A DNA stretch of 64,000 bases from Vezdaea acicularis (Eukaryota): positions 62,001-126,000 of the forward strand of contig JAPEUI010000028.1 in NCBI GenBank assembly GCA_026025075.1. Reading direction: 5' to 3'. The translations under genes were made by a program, and so were the position numbers. Positions 23,676 through 34,384 of the stretch are shown one piece after another. The first letter of the stretch is position 1. Each line of letters starts with the position of its first letter. The notes below the pieces were generated by a model that had not been told where the DNA came from, did not search any database, and saw only the letters and a list, made by a program, of their open reading frames with translations.

Positions 23676-26153
23676 CTGTGGAGTACTGGCGGTGTTTATG
23701 GTGATGGCGTGTTCAGGGGGTGGGAGGTGAGGGGGAGTCCACGGCGTTCGAAATCGCGGCATATGGACAACAAGTTAGGAGAGTGCAGGCAACTTTAACT
23801 GCATTCATCTGTCATTGAAATTTTCTACATAATGATGATCAAGTATTTGAGACCAAAGCACGTGCGACCAGACTTCGTCGTCTGCTCCCTCATCGCTCGG
23901 TCAGGTTTTGCTTAGGGCAAACCCGAATAATTGCGGCGCAAGGTAGGGCCGGAAACAGTAACCTTAGCGAGACAGCAACCGAAGTGCGCAAGCAGGAAAA
24001 CATGTAGACAGCGAGGCCTTTGTGCGAAGTTCGAGACCCCGCGTCGGAAGGCTGAGATGACGGGCATGTCACGAGAGCACGCCTCCATCGAGGATTTGGA
24101 CAAGAACATCGAAGCTTTATAAGTCGCCTCATCAACTTGCCCCTCGTGCCGTGGTATGTGCACCGGAGAGGCGGCCGATCGACGCAGCCCTTTGGGGAAA
24201 CATAAGCAGCGAAAGGGAAGCACCATCGTCATTGGCGAGGGACGGAGCGATAGCCGAGCTGGTGGGTTGCCGGGAAAGAGGCATCCCTCCAGACCACCTT
24301 CTCGTGCCAGAAGGGGCTAGACGCGAGCGGAGCAGGGCCCGCGTGTGAAACCTTGCTCCTGGCCGTTGCGCGTCGTCGGGGGAGGGGAGGGGGAAGGACA
24401 GAGAAAAGGGAAGATTTTCATATCAGATCAGGACCCTTGCATCGCGATGGCCCTAGCCCTGAGATACTGCCGGAGGACTCGCCGTCAAGGGCTCGCACGT
24501 ACGCGCACGCGCACGCACATATTGCATTCACTCATGCGCATCACTTACAGCGTTTACGCCCCTCAACCGTCTGGGTCCTCGCCAAGCCACGCGGGGGACG
24601 GGAGTTGGGGCGCGTCGATGCCACCACGACCCTTTTGCTTGTGATCGGCCGCGCATCGACCTTAATCCATCGTGTTCGATGTACGCACCCCGGGTGTTCA
24701 TGAAGAATAGAGCAGTCTTCAATAGAGCAACGACAGGGTCAAGTGCGTCCGTGTCGTTCCGGCTGGTTTCTTGGAGGCGCAACGGGCGCATGGTTTTGCA
24801 GATACTTCGGACACGGGGCTGCTGATGCAATGTTGTCTGCTCTTACGAGCACAACCTAGCGCTTTCTCTTTCTCTCGGAAGGGCCAGTATTGGAGAGAAA
24901 GAAGAGAAAGAAGGTGCAACAGATCTGCAAGTGCGTATAGTCTGATGAATCGAGGAGATCATCTGATCTCCAGTCACGTAAAACCGTGATAACAGGTGTC
25001 GTTTTCCAGGCTTGCTGTATGGTAACGTGAGTGGCTGATTGGCTGAGGAGGATTTGCCCGAGCACCTGCCAGTAACTTGACAGCGACGATCAAAATTCGA
25101 GGACCGTCGTAGAAGGCCTACGAGTTGTTTGCGCCGCAATGTAGAGAACGACCTGCAGCCCTATGGTGAAGTAGGATCATGGCCGAGGCAGGTGGAAAAG
25201 CCTTAGCGGGTCAATTTCGGTAAAAAGGGCGGCGCCACGAACCCGTCGGAAGTTTGAATACTTCCTCAAGAGGAGCACCACAAGTTGCCTCCTCATATGG
25301 GGCAAGAAACGGATGAAGGTTGTAAGTGGACGTGGTCAAGTCCGTGTCGATCTCCTGTCAATTTCTCTTTTAGATCTCTCCAGATTGTTCCAGCCCATCA
25401 TCGAAGCCTATTCGTTTAGGGTTATGGAACCCCCCCATGGTTTACAGGGTGAGTACGATCGAAGGCGCGATGGAGGTAGCCATTTCGCCGGAGAATCAGA
25501 CCGGGGGAGCTGCGGACATCCTTCCACTCGTAAACCAGGAGGACTCTGGACCACCATGGAGCCAGGAGCAAGCGTTGATGACTAATGCTGCTAGACCGAG
25601 ATATCAAAAGTGTGCTGTGCGTCGATCTCGATCTCGATCTCCACGCGTGGTGAGGATACACAATTGGAATCCTTTATTTGAGAAGCCCTGTGCGGCGGTC
25701 GTTCCGTGAACTGTTGCATAAGAGATTGCTCGAGAAAGACCCTCTGACAGCGGACTCGACTGACCAAATTAGTACTCTGAATCGGACACCGAGCGACGGG
25801 GCGCAAGAACGGAGCTATATCTTGGCCAGACGTAGAAGGCTTTCGTCTAAGATTTAAAACCCGAAATCGCAGGTCCGATGTCGACGGCGCCTAAGTGGCG
25901 AGTATCAGATTCTGTCGTCACCGTCTCCGCATTTTTTTTTAAAAAAACCGCCCGTCCGATGAGACGCCACGCACTAGCGTCAAGTTTGTAGGGACAACGC
26001 ATATTAAAAATTCGGTGTAAGGAAATGGGTCTGGAACGATGGGAATCTGGACGCTTGGCCCACATACCGATGTTATGCGACCCCCCACACACATCTTGTA
26101 AAGTGATCGCTTTCGTCGGGCTAGAACCATCACATCCTGGCCTCCGTCCTGTC

Positions 26154-28425
26154 ATGTCATCGACTGGATTTCGACCTATTGCTCCCTCGCAAGATGCGTC
26201 CTCCGAGCGTCGTCAACAAACTCAGACACCATCCTCAATGCCTGGTGCCGTGGAAACTTCGCAGTCGCCAACGGAGTTGGGGCGTTCCACGACTCAAGGA
26301 GGCCGCCGTCGAACACAGCCGTCTCAAGTGACATTGAATGCCTGCACTTCTTGCAAAAAGGCCAAAGCTAAAGTAATTCTCCTTCCTTTCCCTTTCTTCC
26401 GCGGTACATGTTTGACGAGCCTCTGACGTCAAACATGGCCACCGCCACCGTCGTAATCTTGCTGATGTTACCGTTCCGTTCTTCGTGATAGTGCGATGGC
26501 GACAACCCCTGTGAGAGATGTTTCAAACGAGGCATCACCTGCCTGTACGAAACTCACACGAAGACGGCGAAGGAGAAGATGGTGAGAGAAATCAAAGAAC
26601 TTCAAGAACAGCTTCATCAACAGAAGCAAGATAATAAGGACCTCGAGCGGGAGCTCTACTGGGCTCAGCAAGTGCTCGGAGCAATAGTAGCCGCAGATCG
26701 GGTCGACGTTATTGTCGCCAAATTGCAGAAAGGACATACGCCCGAGTCAATTGCTAGAGAGCTAGGCTTGACGTCGGAAGAGGCACTTGGAATGCCACGC
26801 CGACGAGGTTCGGTTAGGGGCTCATCCGTGATTGAAGAGTCCGGGTTGGACGAGCGAAGTAACGACTTTAGCTCCGAACGAAGAACATCTTGGACCCGTG
26901 TCTCCCTGGATCCGTACTTGCTCAACCAGCTGATGCAACTTTACTTTCAGTGGATCCATCCTGTATATATGCTCTTCAGCAAGACGTTGTTCCTGGAAGG
27001 TTTCAACACTAGAAAGGGTCCACATTGCTCTTCGGCCTTAGTCAATGCGATATACGCTGTGGCCGCCGATCTCCTCGATCCCTCCACACTGAAAGCTCTG
27101 GATACGAGGCGACTGATTGACGGGATTCGAGAGGATTTCGCAAATGAGGCACGATCGCATCTCGTGTCGGAGAAAAAGACCACCGCCACCACGGTCCAGA
27201 CGCTCGCCGTCCTCTTCTTAGTAGACTCCGGGGCGGGCGAGACGTCGCAGGCCTCCGCGTACCTAGAAACTGCACTGGTGGGTCAATTGAACCTTCAAAG
27301 TCGCTCGCAAGTGGGTCGTAGATCTCTGAGGATAACGTCGAATGGGCTTTATATATTAGCTGTGTACATCTCCCTAGAAACCAGACTAGACGACTTCCGT
27401 CGGATACTAATAGTGATAGTGCCTGGTCCGCGTCCATCTACCATGTTCCGGATGCTCGTAGACTCCCCGCCATCGACCCGTATTCCGAGGAGGAGCCGGA
27501 GGACGATGACGATAACGATCCCTGGCCACCCGAATACAGTCAAGGAAATGCTCTCCACACCATCGGACTATATAGCTCTACAGCTACAACTCGGCTTAAG
27601 CTCTCCGCGTTGGTCAACGAGACCAACATCCTCTACTACAGCCGGGCGAACAAAGAAATAACAAGCCAAAAAGTCTTGCTCCACTATAGGCGATACTTGA
27701 CATGGAGAGAAGAGCTAGAGAATCAGCTTCTGCCCGATTCCAATGAAAATACTGGAAACCTACCCCACGTTCTATTGTTGCAGTGAGTTCGCCCTTTCAG
27801 AAATCCCTCGAGAACACGTAGAAGATTGGAGGCTAAGGAGCGCAGTATACATTTTCACACCGCCATCGTCCATCTCTTCCAACCTCTGACGGGCCTTCGT
27901 TACCTGCACACGAATGACGAGTTGGACCCCCGCACGATCTGTCTCTCGAACGCCAGAATCGGCTTGGAGGTCATACAGGGGTACCGCCGGCTTTACACGT
28001 GTCGTCGGCAACCACGAGAGCAAACGTTCTACCTGGTCCAGCTCTGCGATGCGCTCGTCAACCTGTCCACGGATAGCGAAGAACGATCCGACGTGATGAG
28101 ATTCTGTTTTGAAGCGCTGGATGAAACACACTCTTGTTCAATCGTGGCGGAACTGCTACAAGACATGTTCCGCCGGATGTTGCTGGATTCGGGGAAGTCC
28201 ATTCCGCCGGTCACAGCGGATCTCATGAGCATGAAGGCGCCCAAGCAGAGTATCAACGAGCTCCGGGACAACCATCCGACGTATCGGCAGCCCCTCGCGA
28301 TGATCCGGTCACGGCTCGCTCAGGGTTTTGAGGAAGGCTGGCCCCACGCTTGGCAAGAGATCATGTCGGAGGAGCGAGGAAGGTCGAAGATGCCGATTGA
28401 AGCCGTCTTGAATCGTGATGGATAA
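26154..28425 (+). CDS. Zn(II)2Cys6 transcription factor with fungal TF middle-homology domain (NirA-like family)
   Basis: ACTSCKKAKAK|CDGDNPCERCFKRGITCLY across intron 26373-26491, then a coiled coil and LYFQWIHP…CSSALVNAIYAVA, TTVQTLAVL. Confidence 0.88.
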
Positions 28426-29832
28426 AAATTTTCTCTCTCTCACACACATGACATGCCATGCAACGCCATTGGCCCATGGGCATCTGTCGTCATGATCTCA
28501 TGGTCTCGAAACATGCCATATCAAAGACCCCTGTTGTATCTCCCCTCGGTCTCGAGCTGCTTCCCCATTCGAGAGAAGAGCAGGCGTTTGAAAATTTTCT
28601 AACAGCAATGACGGGTCCAGCAGTGATACTATCATCTCGGCTCGCTTCTTCGGTCCAGTGCAGGTGGCGAAACAGGAGCTCGAGATCGAGATCGGGAAGG
28701 CGTGAAGCTGGCCCTTCCGGCCGACTGTGGAAGGAGCCTTCGAGCAACCGGCGTCGCGCTTTCTGCGTTCGTCCGCTGACCTCACCCTTCGTGTCTGCGA
28801 GCGTCTGAAGAGCAAGATTTCTTGATTTGTTGATTCCTTAATTCCCTTTTCCTTTGTCCTGTGGATGGCATTCCCTGCCGGAGCGGCGCAGGATGGAAAC
28901 ACAGGCGCAGAGTAACAGCGGCGTCTTTGATAAAGCACGTTTTTTTTGACCCCGCAGGAGAAGCCGAACGCAAGGGCGCTAGCATCCGAGGTCGTAGGAC
29001 ATGCTCGTACGATAGCTCGAGGCGGCGTACTGGGGGCCTATCAGCAATGTATAGTGCAATGAATAGTTATTGGAGATGGTCGCAGCAACGATACTGTTGC
29101 TGCCGCCGTCCCCGTCCCACAAGTCGAACGGTCGAGACCATGTCACGAGTGTCCACCGATGGAGGAGGAGGAGGGGGTCCGCGGGTGAAAGGGGTGGGAT
29201 GGAAGGGAAGCCATGCGCCCGCTGCTCGACGAATCAGTGTGGGGCAGGCGGCGTTGAGGGTCGATGCGGGTGGCGAGCAGGGTTGCCGACCGCGAGAAAA
29301 CATAGGGCCGCGGAAGGAGACGACCGCTCGATGGGAATCTGGCGATGCCCATCCGGCCAGCCACCGGATTGTAGAAAGGAAATATTGACATTGGCATGCG
29401 ATCATGATGAGATAAGCCCCCCCCCCCGCGAGCAGCGACCGGCATGCCCCAGGAATGTTGTCGATCCACGCCACCGTCGTGGAAGCAGCGTCCGGAGGTC
29501 CTCCGACCCGTGCAAAACAAAGGCACGAGCCCCAGCGTTAAGTACTGCTACGGCCTCCGTCTCCATGAGCTAATAGGGCGCGTTCCCCCTCGCTGGTCCC
29601 TGGCCTTAGCGGGTCTGCGTCACGCCGCCGCTCTCCTGCGCTCCAGCGCGAACCGAAAACACCGCTCGTCCACCAGCAATCGACCGCCCGATGTTGAAGC
29701 CTCCAATCCACCGCCAGCGAGCATCTGCAGACCACGGAGGCAAGTCCGCTCGCCCTAAATAAAGTTTCGCCACGCCAAAGGGCTGGGACCCGGTCCCGTC
29801 GCGTTCTCTGCATCGTCGTATGACGTCGCACC

Positions 29833-30393
29833 ATGCCTGATTCGTCCGAGTCCGCCGCCGTGCTCCCGTCGCCTGCGCAACCGCCGGTCTACACCTACCA
29901 CCACTTGTGCAGCCAGCTGCTGCTAGCCAGCACCCATCAGCTCGAGCATCTACGACGCCGCGCCCCTCCGGCTGTCGACAAAGCAATTATCCTCCCGCTG
30001 CCGCCGCCGCCTCGTTCGCCCGACGAGTCGGACGAGGAGGAGGAGGAGGAGCTCGAGTCCGAAGCCGAGGCAGACGCGTCAAGAAGACGAGAGAAAAAGC
30101 TCAACGCGCGAGCCAATGAGCAGCGACAGGGCTACTCCGTCCTCCTATCCGTCACCTACGACAAAAAGCCTATGATCATAAGACGTGATGATGGCTTCGA
30201 GAAGAGGCACATCTTCAGGTGCGGTCGGTGTCGAGGCATCGTCGGGTACGGGATAGACTCTGCGGCGACGGGACATGGACAAGAGCAGGACCTCAAGATT
30301 GCGTACCTGCTCCCCGGCGGCTTGATGACCACGGAAGAGATGCGGGCCGGCAAGGTTTTTACAGAAGAGGAGCTCAGCATGAAGTCGACCTAG
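29833..30393 (+). CDS. STEEP1/CXorf56 (UPF0428)-like zinc-binding protein, single exon
   Basis: YTYHHLCSQLLL and IRRDDGFEKRHIFRCGRCRGIVGY match, as recalled, the CXorf56 motifs YYCLCGQ and [24 protein letters not shown]. Confidence 0.75.
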   Translation: MPDSSESAAVLPSPAQPPVYTYHHLCSQLLLASTHQLEHLRRRAPPAVDKAIILPLPPPPRSPDESDEEEEEELESEAEADASRRREKKLNARANEQRQGYSVLLSVTYDKKPMIIRRDDGFEKRHIFRCGRCRGIVGYGIDSAATGHGQEQDLKIAYLLPGGLMTTEEMRAGKVFTEEELSMKST

Positions 30394-30855
30394 AATGTCT
30401 GTCGTGGCTACTGCATCGTCACGTCGATGTCGCCAAAAGCCTCACGCACATATCCCAAAATTAATTTTTTGAAACTCCCCGCCAAGAGCCTCCCAAGCCA
30501 ACACCATCAAAAAATTACTAGCCAAGAGAGTGGAGATACAAGGAAAATACGCAGGGTCGTCTCAAGGTCCCGCACAGACACTTGGCGCCTGATACGCGCC
30601 CCGGGTTGACCAAATTCGCGCACACTCCACACTTACCCCGCAATGGTCGCGTTATGGGGAGATTGGACCTGTTCTCTTCTTATATTGATGTTGTACTCCC
30701 AGGGTAGACCCTTCGTCAAGCACCTAATCTAGTTTTCAATAGGTCCCATGACCTTCCCGCCCACTCGGTTCCTTGGTCTTTCTCGCCTATTAGGTCTTTG
30801 ACCTAACCCCTCCACCTAACTTCCCCACCTCCTATATCAATCCATCTCCCCCACA

Positions 30856-32010
30856 ATGTGGCCACCCCATTGCCCCGCTCCGCCCTTCCTCTCCGCCCTC
30901 CTCACCCTCCTCCTCCTTTCCACCCCCTCCCTCTCCACCAACGACGCCAGCACCAGCACCGGCCGCACCCCCCGCCAACGCGGCGCCGGCGCCTCCAGCT
31001 CCACCGACCCAGACGACACCCCCCTCCTCCAAGGCGAGCGCCTCCGACACCACATCCAATCCGGCCCCTTCAGCACCTCCTTCATCAACGCCGCCACCCG
31101 CCTCGCCCTCCCCCTCTACACCCTCGAATGCACGCCCCTCGGCACCGAGCCACTAACCTACTACCTCTCCAGCCCCTCCAACCGACGCTACATCTTCCAC
31201 TCCGGGCCCTCCCCGGACCCCGCCCACGAGCTGATCTACTCCTTCCCCTCTGTGCGCTCCCTCTGCGCCACCCGCTCCCTCGGCGGCAGCGCCATCTGGA
31301 ACGCCGGCTTCTACTGCGACGCCTCGCGGCGGCCCCCGAAACTCAAAATCGACACCTCCTCCTCCACCGCCCTAACCCCCAGCGCCGCCCCCATCGCCCA
31401 CTACCTCACCGACCCCGAAATCCTGGACCTCTGCCGCGCCCAATGTTTCTGCATCGGCGGCCTCGACGACCCCGCCCTCCCCTCCACCGAAGCCGCGCGC
31501 CTCCGCCTCAAGCAGATCCGGCGCGGGGCGGGCCGCTCGCTAGGCAAACTCAAAGATGGGATCGGGGGCTTGTTTAGCAAGCCGGGCCAGAGAGTCACGT
31601 ATGAGACTGCGGGGACTGCGCAGGGCGGTCAGGAAGCTCCACCCGTCCTCCCCCTCACCACCACCGCCTCCCGGCGCACTTGTGGCTGGGACGGCCTTCC
31701 AAAGAGCCAATGCACCAGTTTCTCGCATAGCGGCTGTCCCGACGGCTGCGCCTGTTACGCCGAATACGGCGTTGCTGACGTGGCTCTGCCCATCGGTATC
31801 TGTGGACAGTCTGAGTCTGCTGGGTATGGCCGAAAGAGAGATTTGGACTACGTGCGCGGAGAAAGGGGGGATGGGGAGTACGGTGAGGTGGGGTGGCAGG
31901 GAAGGATGTGTCCTTGTAATGCCACCTATATCAGCGAAGCCTGTTGCGGGGCAGTAGATGGCTTAATTTGGGAGGTGGGAAGGGGGATGGGGGGATTGTT
32001 TTTAGGCTGA
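30856..32010 (+). CDS. Secreted cysteine-rich protein, single exon
   Basis: 384-aa ORF with a hydrophobic signal peptide (LSALLTLLLLSTPSLS), clustered Cys (CRAQCFC; CPDGCAC; CPCNATYISEACC) and a Kex2-like RKR site. Confidence 0.72.
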   Translation: MWPPHCPAPPFLSALLTLLLLSTPSLSTNDASTSTGRTPRQRGAGASSSTDPDDTPLLQGERLRHHIQSGPFSTSFINAATRLALPLYTLECTPLGTEPLTYYLSSPSNRRYIFHSGPSPDPAHELIYSFPSVRSLCATRSLGGSAIWNAGFYCDASRRPPKLKIDTSSSTALTPSAAPIAHYLTDPEILDLCRAQCFCIGGLDDPALPSTEAARLRLKQIRRGAGRSLGKLKDGIGGLFSKPGQRVTYETAGTAQGGQEAPPVLPLTTTASRRTCGWDGLPKSQCTSFSHSGCPDGCACYAEYGVADVALPIGICGQSESAGYGRKRDLDYVRGERGDGEYGEVGWQGRMCPCNATYISEACCGAVDGLIWEVGRGMGGLFLG

Positions 32011-32916
32011 GCTTGCCCCTGAGCCGAGCTTATCCTCTCAGCTAAGCTTTGCTTTTTGGGCTGACATTGCTTTAAAGCAAGGACGGAGAGGGAGATGGGG
32101 TTGTGGGCTGCATAGGACAGATGAAAGTGGGATTAGGATTTTTGGGAAGCGAGCGAGCGTTGATGATGATATGAAATATTTCAAACCACTGCTTTCCCCC
32201 CATTAATCGTCGAATACATCCATATGCCACGTGAATGATCCTTGTCCGGCCCCGCAATCCGCAGGTCCATGAAGCATGCAAGGACAGCATACACCCAGAA
32301 CAAGAATACCATTTTTTTTTTGGTTTCAAATCTAGCCAACCAATCCACCAACCAAACAAAAAAAACAGAACTTTGTGACCCGATAAAAAAAACCTGGAGC
32401 GAGGGCGCCTCCCAGGCTGAAGGCTGTGAAATGTTGTGGGAGAAAGACCTTAGACTGGTCTGCATGTCTCGAGGGGGAAAGGAGAGGAAAAAGAAGCAAG
32501 AAGCAAGAAGAAAGAAAAGGGTAGAAGAAAGAGAGGAGGAGGAGAAGGACGAGGAGGGAGAAGGGGCGCGAGGGAAAATGGAGAGGTATTTGCTTGCGGC
32601 AAAGCTCTGATGATGGAAAAATCAAGAAGAGAGACAACAAGCCCTTCCTTGGATCCTCCGCTGAACAGACGATAGAAAGAGGATGAGAGGGTTGGTTGTC
32701 CTTTTCTGCATGAGCTGGTGAAGCAATATTGTGCGCAGGCGGACAATCAGGAGTAGTAGCTCAGGTTTGCTCGAAAGGTTGGAATTGAGGATATCTACGC
32801 TAGCCGCTCGTCGATCTTGGGGTAGGCAGGTCAAAGAACGTCGGAGTCAGACGCTTGATGAAGACGACAACAACAATTGAGCGCGAAGGATCTTCGAGAT
32901 GGAGGCAACGGCTTGT

Positions 32917-34384
32917 TTACGGGGCGGGGGAGGATTTCGGGTTGATGCCCTTTAGCTCGACATCACTAGGTGCCTGATGTCAGTCGGTGGTACTTTTTAC
33001 ATTGTTGCTGCGGATGATTCTCCCACACAGTGGGTGGGCAGGGCTAAAGAGTACGTACAAAACGAGGGTTGAGTTTGGAGGGATCAGGCCGGGGAATCCG
33101 CTGTCAGTCGCTTGGGTTAGCTTTTGATATAGAGGTAGACATTCCGAAGGTCTTCTTGAGACAGAGAAAGTTTTGGTGTGATCTGCGAGCTTCGAAAAGG
33201 AAAGGCAGGACCCCAAGAAAGCGTGAAGCCGCCGGACGTAAGGACAGGGAAGCAGCCTCGCGGTGCAAATGACCATGCCATGTCGTTGAAGAAACGAAGA
33301 TTTCGCTTGGAGAGCTTACCCTTCACCGTAGGCAAAATCACTATGGGAGGCCATTCATGGTCAGTATGAAGCTTCGACCGAAAAGGGAAAGAGACATGGG
33401 GTCTATCTCGGCGACCATGCATAGCCCGCTGGCCGCGTGTGGATCGACAAGGGATCTTTCTGAGACGGGGGCAGAAGCAAAGAAAAGTGAAGTATTGGAT
33501 GCATGGGGGGCGTGAGTGGGGGTAATGACTGAATAAATGTGCAAATGAGGCTCGTGGCATTCGACAAGTTACCAAAGAGCGTGGGGACGGAGAGTGGGGG
33601 GAGACAAGCCACACAGAGCCTGGCGCTTCGAGAATGACGGCCCTTACCTCGATATGATCAGAGTAGCTTTCTCGCCCAGAGTCATCGTGACGACACCCTC
33701 ATCCCAACCTAGAACAAGTTGTCCGGATTAGCAATTCTCTTCTCAAGTCTTGAACAAAAAGTGAAGGTTCCTCGTCTGCCGCGTTTAGAGCGGGTATTCG
33801 GGCCATCGCGGCAGTTGAAGCGAGGGAGGGGAAAAGTCGTCGGCAGGCGAGGGTCGGTCGGCTAGAACGTTCGTTATCGATAGCAGTGCGCCGTCGATCA
33901 TCGCTTGCAACCCAAATGCTCGTACGCAGCGATTGGTCGCGTCTGTTGCCCGCCGGCAAGAACACCACCGTCTTTCGACCGCATCCGCGAGAGAAAACGC
34001 ATGACGACGTCCAAGCGTAGTCTCATGATATGGTACGACGCCCGCTTGCCGGGGAACGGAGAGGGAAGTACCGTACCTCGAATGACTCGACCCACCCCGA
34101 TCGCAGTATGGAAGTCGCCCCGGCCGACCGAGGAGTCGAATCTTTGGGAGCGGTCAGTTCAGCTTCGCGCACAGACGATGTCAATCGACCTTGGGCATCT
34201 TTGTGGTGCAAGATGGTGAAAGAAACCAAGGATCGATGACAGTGGATGGAACTTACAAGCTCCCCTTCTTCTCAAAGGCCTTGTCGTCGTACAGGAAGCC
34301 AGAGTACTCGATGAAAACCGAGTCGCCCTTCTTGGGCCTGTCGGTGCCATTGCCCTCCTTGATGACCAGTTTGTGCACGCCCAT
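32917..34384 (-). CDS. FPR1: FK506-binding protein FKBP12 (peptidyl-prolyl isomerase), 6 exons, 121 aa; missed by ORF track
   Basis: Exons 34384-34257, 34141-34077, 33708-33648, 33340-33320, 33100-33059 and 32965-32917 join to MGVHKLVIKEGNGTDRPKKGD…FDSSVGRGDF…GVGRVIRGWDEGV…[40 protein letters not shown]. Confidence 0.95.

Noticed and set aside
32470..32585. Long purine-rich tract
   Set aside because: Simple low-complexity sequence, likely in the FKBP12 3' UTR or terminator region.
33709..34076. Stwintron in FKBP12 intron 2 (GTACGGTACTT start)
   Set aside because: No internal branch/acceptor that would regenerate a canonical donor.
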